The notes beneath the pieces are model-generated. The model did not search any database and was not told the origin of the DNA. It was given only the letters and a program-made list of their open reading frames with translations. Shown here in pieces: positions 33,143 to 50,686 of a stretch of DNA of 64,000 nt (positions within the stretch are counted from its first letter, which is position 1; each line of letters opens with the position of its first letter). Both the position numbers and the translations under genes were made by a program. The DNA comes from Trichoplax adhaerens (lineage: Eukaryota; Animalia; Placozoa), in the NCBI RefSeq assembly GCF_000150275.1, contig NW_002060949.1, positions 4,305,136 through 4,369,135 on the forward strand, read 5' to 3'.

Positions 33143-34924
33143 GTTTTTTCCTAAGCGCGCCTTGCTTTAACCGTCTATAATACGGAAAATCAGCATACTG
33201 TAAGCATATACTTGTATATCACTACTAGCTCGAGATATGCCATCAGAAATATACAAATTAAGATACAATTTTGACATAATAAATTTTGGCTAGAAGTGTA
33301 TTACTGTAATGATCAATACTTCATCAGCAAATGTATGGATAGCGTTTTATACTTTATTTATTAAATACTGGACAGGTACCGTCATCAATCCTATTTGGAG
33401 TTGGAAAATGGCGGTTTACAAAATTCTGGTGCAATTTAGTTAACTTAATACTGTATTATGCGGCTTAAACTGTAATAGAGCCATTTATTTATAACTTGAT
33501 ATTTTAACTACTATAAAAATAAGAGGGCTGGTGTCACTTTGAAGCTGCCCGATGATATCGACTTTATTTTGAATTGTTGCTTATCCCAATTCCAAAGGTT
33601 ACAAATGCTGGTAAATATGACTAGCGGTACAAATAATACATTATAACGTTACATCAATACAATTAAAAGGGTCAACAGTGATAGTATTGAAAGCTAACAT
33701 TATTGCCAACAATCTACGTAGGACGTACAGTATAGTAATAGGAGTCGCATTAAAAGCATTACTACTTGAATACTGTTCTATCACATAAACACAGTCCATT
33801 TGGCATCAGATGCAGTTCAAAAAGCAAGTTATTAAGAATATTCGATGTTTGGTAAAGTTTGACAAATAGCTCTGTCCGTTATACACAGGTCACGCAATCG
33901 TGATTGAGACAAGCTATCGTCGGCGTAGAAAAACGGGGGGAGGATAGAGCAAAATATTAGTAATAGTTGCTTCGAGTTTAGGAAGTGTATATGTATGCGT
34001 ACAATGACAACATACGATTATAGTCGTACGGTAAAGAATTTCTACTCCTATTTGCTAATAGCAATCATAAGCAAATCGAGTTATGATTTAGGACTACGTA
34101 GTGTGCGTAGGATCTTCTCTGTTGTTATCGAATGATACATAACAGAAATTTAAAGATCAATAAAAAAATACTACCACAATATCAAAAATGATTCTTGGTA
34201 ATGTTGATTGTTGAGTCTAGTATACCATGAGTCGTTTTAATGTCGTATTTTACGAATTAGTCAAGAAACCATTATGACAGTTTAACAGGGGACATGAGTG
34301 AATGAGAATATTCAGGTTGACCATTAGTTTCAAGAACTAGATGGCTTCATTTACTAATGACTGTTGCACTGTCGGTTGCATTACTTTACTGTATGCAGTA
34401 GAAATAGTTACGAGTACTGTACTACTGTGTATATAGAGACCTAAAAAGAGAGAGACACATCTATGACTTCTTTGCTTTGAGTTAAAACAGTAATCCTAAA
34501 ATCAACGGATTGTATTTTCTATTTAATCTATTCGATTGCTAGCCTACAAGCACTATTGTTACAGATATTATAAATTCTTGTACGCGGTCTTTTGCATCAT
34601 CCATGACTTACTATTCTATTCGATTGCTACCTCTATTTTACCATGATGGAAAGATTAGTAAACCCGCCTTAAGACACACAGAGTGATGTGACTTTTGCAT
34701 CGTTCAAGAACATTTTAATCAAGCATCGTACTCTATGGTTAAGAACTAACCAAATGTTCTTATACTTTACCGTGTTCAGGCTATCTTTGATATCATGAAA
34801 TGAGATGTTGCAAAGCTCTATTTGTTAATAATGGACCCAGTTGAATGTTGATAAATTATTCCTCAATATTGATTTCTTTCTTTTCTATCTCCAACTTTCC
34901 AGTAACCGTTTGTATTGTTAAACC

Positions 34925-35990
34925 CTACAGTACAGTACTCGCATTCATACACAGTACTGTAGTGCTACCGCAACTGGTACAGTACTATCTTGCGTCCTGT
35001 ACTGTACGTACAGTACTGTACGGTAAAGAGAAGAGAAGCACTGTAGTGACCGTACTGTCCGTGTACGGTATGGTACGGTACGGCGCGGAATGAAACGGTA
35101 CGGTATGGTACAGTACATTACAATAGGGGACAAACTTGTAGAGGTGTACACTGTACAGTACTGTTGTCCTGTGTTTGTTTACCCACCGGTACACTGAGAG
35201 TGACTGAGTGTACGTACACTCTTCCTGTCAGGGACTACCACACAATTTTTTCCCATTCCAAATCCTCAAAATCTCAATTCTAAAATACTGTTAAGAACTA
35301 AGATACTGAGTTACAGTATGTCACGGACCACTGATTGAATAAGTACAGTACTGTATGTCCAGCAACGACCGCTAAAAAGAAGAGAAGTATAGCACAATAC
35401 TGCCTGTGTTGAAGTCACTTTAAATTTTTCCAATTTTAAAATGAACCCTATGGGTTTCGAGAAACGTATACTCAGAGTGTTTCTTTATCTATTTTATATA
35501 TCGTGACCAGTACGAGTGCCAGCAACATTTAGACTTGAAAACATAACGGAAGCGAGTCATTGCGATACTGAGATCAGCCATGGACTACTAGAAGAAAGAA
35601 AATCTTCTAGTAAATCTTCTTCTAGTAGTCCATGCGTATTCTTCATTCCTGGAGTGGGTTGAATAAAACTCGACCCACGTGTACCATGACTGTAAATGTA
35701 CAGTACAAAACAGTATTGGATAATTTCAGTAGTGTGTGCTAGTTTGCCTTCCTTGCCCTAAATTCAGGCTGTTGTACCATTCTGAGTATGGTAAGTTAGC
35801 ACTCTTTTTACAGTACGTACTGTACCTTAATGGGCTGTACTGTGCACTGTAGACTGTACCGTACAGTACGTTTATGGCGGGATTCTGTCCAGTACTGTAT
35901 TGTAGTGTACTGTACAGTACAGTACTGTAATGTACTGTACAGTATATCAAGATAGCTTTGCACTGTACTCACTTGATGCATTCCAGTACT
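34925..35990. promoter_or_regulatory. Divergent NFYC/HARS promoter region with two (CAGTA/TACTG)n clusters
   Basis: Head-to-head genes. Repeat clusters at about 34925-35220 and 35690-35990. A putative NFYC non-coding first exon ends at the donor near 34771. Confidence 0.6.
35579..35634. repeat. Short palindromic (MITE-like) element
   Basis: Perfect 18-bp inverted arms CATGGACTACTAGAAGAA...TTCTTCTAGTAGTCCATG. Confidence 0.75.
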
Positions 35991-36041
35991 GGAGAGTGTC
36001 CGTATTTCTATCACTCAACCTTTCCGGAAGGGTGTAAAATC

Positions 36042-39861
<3,820 letters not shown>

Positions 39862-40224
39862 TGTCGGTGAAGAATTATTCGATATTAAACATCTGTGATA
39901 CTAAATATACAAAAATGAATGAACATATTAACATGAATCGAATGAAGAATGTATACAATTTTAGACTGTATAAAAACCAAAGGTGCTCCGAATATTTGTA
40001 CGTACAATATATTTGACAAGATATTTTAATAAACATGACGCCAAGCTGCTCATTATGCACGAAAACATTGGTCTTGTCATCGGACATTATTCAGCTACTT
40101 AGAAATGTAGGATAAACTATTATAAAATGTGCAGTATTAATTTACGTACAGGCTATATGTCTTAGCTTAAATTGTACGATAATAGCTTACGTACAGTATG
40201 TACGTTTAGTCATGTGTTCACTGT

Positions 40225-43200
40225 TCAGTGATTAGAACTGTTAGGCTTAGGTATCATTGTTCTCTTATTGCGATACGGAATCTTGGATGCTTTAGAGGTA
40301 TCTGTAAGTTTGCTAGCAGGAGAATTAGTTGCTGAATGCAACGAATTATTTAACGATTGTTGACTTCCACAACTAATAGTAGATTTTACGTCATCGGATA
40401 AATTAGATTGACTCTCTGCTCTTTGCGTCAGAGTGCTAAATTCAGAACCTGCATCAGACATGTCGTCATCGCTACCTACTGGTGTATAAATATATCTCCT
40501 AAATTTGGATGTCGCTTCTCGAGGCGACTTCATTGAGGTCTTAAACCCTTGCATCGACTGGTGTACACCGTCTGCTAATATAAACTTCTCTTTTAATTCT
40601 TTCTTCGCCGCAGCACCTAATTAAAAACAAATCAAATACGTTAAAAGCAAAAATTTATCACTTTTAAGACTTCTTTCTAAGTTTTCAGTTATTACTGACT
40701 TCTGCACGGATCGTTTTTAGATAGAAAGACTGATAATTCTTCCCAACCACCTCCAACACGGACCATGACAGAGTTTCGCAAAATTCTGACAAGCCTGAGT
40801 TTTTGTGATTCACCAAACTAACGTAGCAAAGCACATTTTAAAAAATTTATCCATTAGGGATATTAATTAAGTAACGAATTTAGATTTTTACTACTGTTTT
40901 CTTATAAATTTTAAATAATCCATTTAAAATTAGTTACACTACGAAATTTGAAAACTACTGTGTATACCCTATATTTTCCTTCTCCAGCGCGAGAGACACG
41001 AAACGGTTTCATACATTTACAATCAGCTACCAGTCGTAATATCTATTAGTAAAGAATATAATAATGATTAATCACTATAAAATGGTGTTAAAAAATCACT
41101 ATCTACGCATACGTATCGATAGTTCGATACGCGTCTACTTGTAGTAAGAAGCCTGTGAAGGTAACAGGATTAAAAAGGAAAAAGCATTATGATTTTTCTA
41201 TTATGAATGATGTAAGTTACTTCCACAAGTGGCACTCCACATTACAATATTAGTGTCTAGCGTACAACATTAAACAATTTACCGAACGATGAAACTATGG
41301 TGGTTAAAGTACGAGTTTACAGACGTTATAATATTTATATCTAAACGCAGTTGCTAGAGTTTTGAGATTTATACCGGAAATTGTAAGCTAAGTCAAGAAA
41401 AATATTCCATGATGATCTAGAATCATAGTCATCGTGGTCTGTATTGGCAGAAATTTGTAGTATAACGCTAACCATAGCAATCCCATTTTGACTAACTCAT
41501 AGAGTCGAACCAAAGTAAAAGATAAATAACATCATTGTTTCTTACCTCAGTATCGATTTTTTCTGCGTCAGTTTTGGGCTGCTTGAACTAATTATATCAA
41601 AGATACTTAGTTAATAGCGCGTTTAGGTAAAATTTTTAACTACCATAATTCCAACATTCCCATTCCAAAATCAAATGAACAACTTACCGCTGACGGCCTA
41701 AGGGAACCAAGAAATTCCTTAGTGTCTATAAATCCATTCTTATCGAATCGATTGGCAACACATTCCATCTCCGTCTCTGATGTGCTACAACCTGTCAAAA
41801 TTTAGGTTAATGAAAGTTATACAATTGCAATGGGTATTGCTATTATGGTAACTGATTCAATTTTCATAAACTGTATGACAATGTCTAAAGTAACCAACTT
41901 ACCATTGTCTATAAAAGCTCTAACAAAATTATTCCTGTAAATTTTGTTGTTATTGCTAATGGGTCGCAGGAATTCGTTTACTTTTGCTACTTTATCATTA
42001 AAGTGTCTCATAACCTTCACATTCGTCATATGGATCAAGAATTAATACTTCAATTGAATATTTTAAGTAGAACAAAGATAGTTCAAAATTTAAGATACAT
42101 TACCCCTTTTCTCCATACATCCCAGTCAAAAGTTTGTTTCATCTTTTGCTAAACAGCAAAAATAAAAATTAGAAGAAACGTACAAGGAATTCAACAGAGA
42201 TAATCAATATATTTTATAAATAGACCTTTTAATTTTAAAAAAATTGAGTGCAGAGTTGATACGTAATACACTAACATCTCATTTACTAGAATTTATCACA
42301 TTAAAGAACTATTTGCTAATCTTTACCAAAGCCTGATCATATAGCATCTTTTGCAGTTTTATTCCCTTCTTTTCTACTAATTTTTCTAAATTATTCCATC
42401 CGCTGTTGACATTCTTAAGACGAGTAGAAGCCACGTTATTTGAGTCATGATTAATTTTTTTTGCCGTAATTGGTATAAAGCTAGCACCACGTCGAATCTT
42501 ATTTAATGATGCAGTTGTATTTCTAATGACACCGTATTTATTTGCCATAGTACGTTCGAAAGCCTACAATAATTGAAAATTCCATATATCATAATATAGT
42601 CATATAGTACTGCATAGTACGTATACATCGATTACTTTCGCAACAGTAACTTAATCTAGCGTATTAGGCGTGATAAGTATTAATAAGATTATAAATATCG
42701 GAAGCAAACAAAAGTCAGTAATCAATTGAAAGTTACGCTTTAAAATTTACTACCATAGCAAAATAAGTTCTACAATCAATACAAGCGTAAGTTAGGTCTG
42801 GCAATAATTGTGGAACATCGCAAAATTATATACTTTCGACAGTACATATTCGCTTGAAAGGCTATTGCGGTATTAATACGACGAAAGCGCATAGCAATAC
42901 TGATATCGAATATATTGCTATCGATTCCTATCATCTTAAATCAATTAGATTTCCAAAAATCAAATATATCATTGTAAGATATCTAATATGAAAGTACAAA
43001 TACTGTTACTAGCATTTGCTTCTGTTTTCTAGCTAAGCTTGCTATGTCATTAACAGGAATTAAAATCTTAGCATCAGATTCCTATTGGCAATGCCTAGAT
43101 GCCTCAAATTTGTAATGGTATAGTAGATCATAATTGATAGGACTGCTTAACCCTTTAATTACGATATCATTAATTGTTTATAATATAGCACACATACGTA

Positions 43201-46200
43201 CGTATTTGATATCAATAATTAATAACTTTAATTCTTTTACTACATTCAAAGTATTCAAAAACTACAATGGCATTATCTTTTACAGTTAACTTACCTTGTG
43301 TTGTTCAATTAATTTTTCAACATCGCAGTCAGCTTCTTTGATAGGCTCTTCCATCTTGACAGTAGATTCAGCAATCCAATTTTCAATATCCATTAATAAC
43401 TTTTCATCGTTTTGCACTTCATTGGACAATTCATCCAACTTTATATTGTATCTATTGAGCTTTTCATTGGCATCATTCCAAGATTTTCTAACTATATTCA
43501 TCCAATGTCTGACGGAGCCTACAGCGTTGTGATGGCAATTTTCCAATATGATATTTCCTAATTTCATAACAGCATCGAAATTTTGACGTAATCGTCCTAA
43601 TTCTTGCTCGAACCCCTTAATGGCAGATTTAAATTGATAAATATTTAGATTTGGTAGATTTAAATTTACTTCAGAGAGCATGTTATTGCAATTTCGTTCA
43701 AACTTCCGAAAATTTTTCCTATTAATAAAATTGGACAACGAATACACACGGATGATACTATTTTACTATTTTTAAATACCTTTAATTTGGCGCTCAATCT
43801 ATTAAATTGATGATTTTCATCTACCGCTGCCAGGCTCTCCTTTAACCTTTTGTCAGCACTGCCAAGATTTCTTACGATATCCCTAACTTGAATATGAAAT
43901 TTTTGTGCCAAAGATAAAGCATCTTGCAATTTCTCTTGTCTTTCCACGGATAATGTACATATCGTATCCCAAGTCTGATTGAGTTCCTTTAGATTCTCCG
44001 TAACGGCACTTTTATCTTCAGTATCAGTTGCTAGATATTTCGCTGACATATTAATTTTGCTTTTAATCTTAGTTCTACTCCCTAATTCGCGTTGCAAAAC
44101 CTACAAGATTGTCAGGAAATAACATTTTAAATTAAGTTTATTAACCTAAATACGTAAAGCAAGGTGTTATTATGCGATATTAAGATAAATATAATTTACC
44201 TTGTGATTATCCAATAATTCTTTAACTGTATCGATATCGCCATAGTATGGTACGTCGCTACTGAGCTCAGGCTGTATTTTTGCTAACCATTCCAGTAACG
44301 CCGATAAAGTCGCCGTTAATTTTCCAGATGCCAGCAAACATTCTTCTAACTCCTCCTGCCTAAAATTAGTATTAATTATTGAAAATATAATTAAGATTTA
44401 ATACCCACACCTAAATCGGATGTAAGCGTTCAAAAGCGATAATTCATTATATATTCATTATGCAGTTTATTAGGATGTTTTGCTACTACTGTATACTGTA
44501 TAATAACGCGATGCATGATAGGACATTTCATATACCCAAAATTACTTACTACCTTACTAGCAGCCAATGAAAAAACAAAATAACCCGGCGTACATGTGTA
44601 CATACGCGCAGACTATACGTACCGTCAAATGTATGAAAATGTAGCTTAGTTTAATATTGAATATGCATGACGTAGAATAGATTTGATCAATTAGCTTTAG
44701 TTTTAATACGAATATCTAAATGTGTCATGTATTAAATTCCTCGATATAACAAGATAAATAGTCTACTGACCATAATGCAGCTTTATTGCATACTCGTTTC
44801 CACTGCAACTTAAGATCAGCCAAATATTCGCTAATTAGAGCGATATCCTTAGGCTGACTAGAATGACGTAATAATTTCCCTTTACTGATGATGGCGGCAA
44901 CAGTTGGACGACGGTATCCTAGTTCATTTTGAAATTCCTAAAGCAGTTATTGTAACATAATATCAAATAAATAGGTTACAGTTCTTTCCATTTTAAAATA
45001 TAATAATGAAAAACTTGGTTGCTTAATTCAAGTAATACGTATGAATGACGTAAACTATTGCAGTAGTATCATTTAAGGTGGAAAGCTTTAGCATAGGCTG
45101 CTCATAAAATATACAAGTCATTAATAAAAGACATTAATAGTAAGATATTATAAATTTGACAATAGTTACTCATACGATAATGAACCTACGTGGTACATTC
45201 CATACTTTGGACTATAAATGTAGATGCTCAATTTCAAACAAAACAGTATAAACACTACCACTACCTCGCTATATAGTTTAATTAATGAGCCTACCTGATG
45301 TTTACTAATTTGTTCTTGAATAATTTGCGGGTCTATACCAACATTATTGACTTCTTGCATTGAGAAATTTGCTTCTTTCAACCAATTCAGCATATCAGCA
45401 CAATCACTGTAGAAACTACCTGCACTTTCAAGGTTTTGATTAATTTGGTATTCTCTATCTATACAGCAGCTTAACAATTTATTCCAGCGTTGATTAATGC
45501 TACGCAGAGAGGATTTGATTTGTTTGGCATCACTTTCATTGCATTTCTGCATTAGTACTTGAGTAGTGGATGAGATTTGATTTAAATCCTCATGTTTCTC
45601 ATCTAGTTTCATGTTAAAGGCCTAAACATAACCAGTTATTATCGAATTAATAATATTATAATCTATTTACATTTTATGCGTGACTACAATCTTTTTACCT
45701 TTTGGTCCTCTAATTGATTCTTTAAGACATCATTATTAGTACTAACGTAATCCCACGAATCCATTTTGCTTTCAGCTGTTTCCAACCAACTCTCAAACTC
45801 TTGCAAACGGTCTTGGAATTTACGAGCTTCATCAAGTTCATCACTCAATTGTTTTTGGCGGGCAGTTATTTTATTCGAGATTATGTTCCATGATGCCTTT
45901 AGTTCGCTAACTAAATCATTAATCAAGTGGGCTGTAGTCGCTTCACTTCGTGACACAAAATCACGACTAACTTTCTTAATTGTTTCTAATTGCTCTTTTC
46001 TAGACGGAATTTCTTCCTCAACAAATACCTATATGCGCGTATATGGTCAACAAAATTAAGTTGTTACATGAATACTAAGAAATCTATTAAAACGTCGCAA
46101 GCAATTCATCTCTACTTTAAATCTGAATCTTAATTTGATAAGTTAGAGTATAGCTATCTCCCCTTTGGCAAAATTTCTGATTAGCATGCTAAAGCCGTCT

Positions 46201-49164
46201 TTTAAACTTCGGCAGAGTTATGTTTACAGTAACACTCATTATGTAACAACAATTTTTGTCTAAGCAGAAAACTACAATTCAATCACCATAAAATATGCTC
46301 ACTTTAAATTCATCTAAATGAAATTCAGCTGTTGATGGTAATGCAGCGATTGGATGCTTAGTACCGAAGTATTTTTCAACTTGACTTAACCACTGAGTGA
46401 ATTCCTTAACGGTATTTTCTAATTCTTGACTAGTTAAGAAACAGTCTAATAATTGTGACTGTCGATAGGCTGCCTTTTCCAGCAGATTATGCCATCGGCG
46501 ACTTATCTCGTCGACTTCGAAATTGATATTTTCTAGTAGCTCATGATTTGGGCAAATTTCACTGATTTTCTCTGCAAGACTAATTACTTCATTAATATCG
46601 CTCTCTTTGGCGTTAATTTGTTTATGTATATCCTGTCAAAAATGTAATACAACAATTTTAGAATGTTTATAGAGTACTAAATAATGGAAGCTAAACGCTA
46701 CTTACTATGTTATTAATGATTTATAAATCGTGTAACTTACTTGCAATTGAGAAACTTGTTTTTGAACCTTATCTTTTTCAGACGCATCAAATTTTAACTC
46801 ACTTATGCTTTTATCGTACTGATTTATCCACTCATTAGTTTTACTAATTAATTCTTCTGCATGAAGCAATTCCTTCAAAATAGTCTCTAGTGTATTCAAG
46901 TGCATTGTTGACCTTTCAGTTAATGCATCCCACCTACAAGCAATCTCTTTAACGATTTCGCTTCCTTGCAACTTCTCATAAGCCACAAAGTGTCGGCGGC
47001 ATAAATTTTTTGCTGAAGATTCGAATTTTTCTTTATCATGTTGTCGTTTATTAATTTTCTTTACTAGATTCTATCGACAAAAATGAAAATTTATAAATTA
47101 TATCAAATTTAAAGGCTTAAATAGTAAGTATTAATCAATCGAAAGTAAGTGCTATACGCGTATATGCGTATTACATACACTCTTGTGCATTGATAAGATA
47201 CGTTTTCTTAACTACTTTTGAAGATTACTTCAACAGTCTATCTCCTCGATTGAAGTAAAAAGCACTATTTATAACGAACTTTATGGACTAACGTTTAAAG
47301 TAGTTTGATTTTACTGTAGATAATTCCTAAATTTTTTCTTCATTTTTAATTACCATTACCTTGTAATAGTCGATCTCACGATGAAGAGACTCAATTGTAG
47401 ATGATTTCACAAAGTTAGTACTGATAATCTTGCGTTCAAATTCCTCCACAATATTTTCGATAATACCATGTATGTTTACAAAATTTTTAATCGCTTTTTC
47501 AAGCTCTTCTAAATATTCAAGACCTTGTTGTAGTCGTTGTTCTAAGTCAGCTAATAAAGCAATAATCTCGTCAACATTGAATTGAGTCCTTTGAATTTCG
47601 TCTTCCGTTGTTATTTGGTGGATTTCCTTCATAACTTTATTTAAAGATTCAATATCGCTCTTAAATCTAGGTACTTCTACATCCTTGATTTCCTATGTAT
47701 TTCGTAATTAAAATATATGCGAGAATGTAACACTTAATAAAAAAATTGCCATCAGTGTATGCAATTTATTTTACTCTGAGTACATACGTATACGTATATC
47801 AACACGTACATCTAATGTTTAAACTAATCAATCGGGTGATTGTGTGAACATAATTGTTCATAAAAAATGATGTACGTCTTAGCTGGATTCAATTATAATT
47901 ATTCATAAGTTAGGATCATTTGCAAGCTTAATTTCTTTTGTAAAGTGCTCACGTAATATAGTTACGACCAGATATGTACATTTACTGTACGTATTTATCA
48001 TACTAACAGTATTTAGCGATATAATAATTTAATCAAGTTGTTAATCAAGCTGAAGCTATTACCCTCATAAGTAATTGAAGATAATTGTAGCTTAATGAAC
48101 TATACAGTCAGTTTATTAAGAGACTGGATAGTAGGTTAGGTAGAATCATTGGAATTCAGTAAGAATGTCCTAAAATTATAATAATTTGACTCGTTAAAAG
48201 TGGTATCCTCATCAATTTATGTGCTTTACTCTACCTAAAGTTCGATTTTAGCTAAGAACATGTAGGTATCTTAAAGTTACCCTTTTCTTTAAAAGCTTTC
48301 GGATGAGAAGACATGCAGTACTATAAGTCACTGTCTATTTTTATCTTCTGTTTTCTAATGTGAGATTTCGTATTATTAAGATATTGCCTCATGAGTCCTG
48401 ACACACGATATAACAAGTTATTCTGCAGTATAAGGACGGCTAAAATGAAAAGGAGCACTGATACTACAGTATATCAAGCTTAATTAATTTTAGGTTTATT
48501 GTCCGTATAAGAATACTGCAGCGAAATGTTTCTGATACAAAGAGAGTGGACAAAAAATAGATGCACCATTAAAGCAGAGTATACTGTAGAAATCGCTGAC
48601 ATTATAAACGGAATTTCACGTAGCTACAATACTGTAGTGTAGTACATGGACTTTAAAATAGCAGTATAAATAGATCAAATTTAACGAAAATTTTATAACT
48701 CATCTATCAACAAATGACCATCAGTCTCTTTGCGAGTGTAGATCTTACTAATGAAGGATTTGATTACTTTGAACAATTAGTTACTAAAAATAATAGCATA
48801 AACCTATTTCACATCTTAATCAATAATATAAGCATTCAGAAATATTCTACAGTACAGTATTTATAATTATCATAGTGATCTATCTACCATATCGATCTGA
48901 GCACTTTTATGATACTCTCAAGCATCTGTTTACCTGTAATTTTTTTCTATTGGCGTCAATTTCAGCCTGATTAACGGCTTGTTTTAAGTTTTCAACGGTA
49001 TCAAGATACATTTTAATGCTTGTCTTAAGTTGATGGACATACTGCCAAAACTCTTGTGTATATTTCTTAGCTCGAGTTAAAAATTGACTCCATTCTTGTA
49101 GTCTACCATCTAACTTACGATAGATTTGTTCGGCGGATGAAAGTGTGTGTTGTAAAGTATCCAT
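40225..49164 (-). CDS. MACF1: Spectraplakin C-terminal unit (spectrin repeats, EF-hand pair, GAS2/GAR domain, SxIP tail), MACF1/DST/shot-like
   Basis: Spectrin-repeat exons; FDWDVWRK; TDAEKIDTE; [18 protein letters not shown]|[39 protein letters not shown] (GAR domain); SKIP near the C-terminus. Candidate first coding exon 49164-48934 with an in-frame stop upstream of its ATG. Likely co-ortholog of MACF1 and DST. Confidence 0.88.
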
Positions 49165-50218
49165 TTTGGTTGGGTAATGATATCAATTGTAAGTTCGAAC
49201 TTGAGCTAATGACTCGTTGGAAATTTTGAATGTTAGTGCTGTAGCTAGGTATCCATGTAACAAGAGAATAAAAGATAAAAAGGTTAGACTAGAATAATGT
49301 AGCCAATACGACTCTTAGTAATGTACTACCGTTGTTGCTGCCCAACAGTAGTAGTATATTGTGAAATTAGTTATTGAGTAAAATTGAATAAACTTTCTTT
49401 CAAGAGCACGTTATTTTTTCCTTGGAGAACTTACTATCATTTCTTTGATTCCCGCTACATAGATGCGTATGATGCCAGTACGCTAACTGGCGGTCGTTCA
49501 AAGAATATTTCGTGTAAAAGGAAATTTAAGACTGATTTGTTCGTGTTTTTACCAATTGGATAGACTGATTCTATCCACAATATCTCGACGTCTATCCAAT
49601 GACTATATCTGGAGACTGTAACGTGGTTGGCGCACACTGCACTACTTTTGAAATTTGCACAACTTGATTATCGAATTATCATTGAAATTCTTAGTATACG
49701 AGTCTAATAACCGATAATGGAATCAACTAACACTGCAGCTAAGACCAGCTGATATTCAAAAATACAATTTTACTCTCCTTCTTCGTCGTCATTATTGCAG
49801 TAGGATTAAGAAAAAATGAAATAGACTAAAATGACAAATTCACTGATTCACTGACCAATTCACTGATTCACTGATAAATGAGTGACAGCGAGTTTCAACA
49901 GGCTAATTGTGTGTCATACTGTGCTGTACGTACGTGCGTAAAAAGCGTCACCATAGTATACAATATTTACACTGGAGTGAAGGTTGTCTCGCTGGCTGAT
50001 AGCGTCACCTTTACACTAATTACACTGTATGGAAAAATAATGTATTGACCGCTGCTCTGCACACGCTGCTATTGTAACGTCGTTCTGATGAGACGCTCAA
50101 CGCATGACGTGCTATACTGTGCGTACGGTATAACGGCGCATCACACTACAACAGTACTGTACAGTACAACAGTTGAATGACTCTTTGAATTCTGTCTTTT
50201 ATTAGCGACTGTTTGGAA

Positions 50219-50686
50219 AGTAACTGGCCATTTTTTCATTGAAAGCGCCTCATTGCTAGCTAATGATACTAGCGCTATTGCCCCAGTAGGCAATGCTGCC
50301 CACTGGACTTGTAAGGCAACATTTGAAGGAAATTTCTCTTACACAACTCCCTGTGCTGTCCTTGCTTGCATGGCAGAGCTTGGCATGTGGCATATAGATT
50401 ACAAGCAAAATGATATTAGTAACTGGCCATTTTTTCATTGAAAGCGCCTCATTTCTAGCTAATGATACTAGCGCTATTGCCCCAGTAGGCAATGCTGCCC
50501 ACTGGACTTGTAAGACAACATTTGAAGGAAATTTCTCTTACACAACTCCCTATGCTATCCTTGCTTGCATGGCAGAGCATGGCATGTGGCATATAGATAT
50601 TCATTACAAGCAAAATGATTTTAGTAACTGGCCATTTTTTCATTGAAAGCGCCTCATTTCTATTACTCCAGTAGGCAATGCTGCCC
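50219..50686. repeat. Tandem repeat, unit of about 200 bp, about 2.3 copies
   Basis: Units start AGTAACTGGCCATTTTTTCATTGAAAGCGCCTCATT at 50219, 50418 and 50623. Near-identical with small indels; the third copy is truncated. Confidence 0.92.

Noticed and set aside
34778-34798. Possible uORF MISKIA* in the putative NFYC non-coding first exon
   Set aside because: The exon itself is only inferred, the AUG context is weak, and no conservation evidence is available.
50219-50686. Possible CRISPR-like array
   Set aside because: Whole units are repeated with no unique spacers, and the context is eukaryotic.
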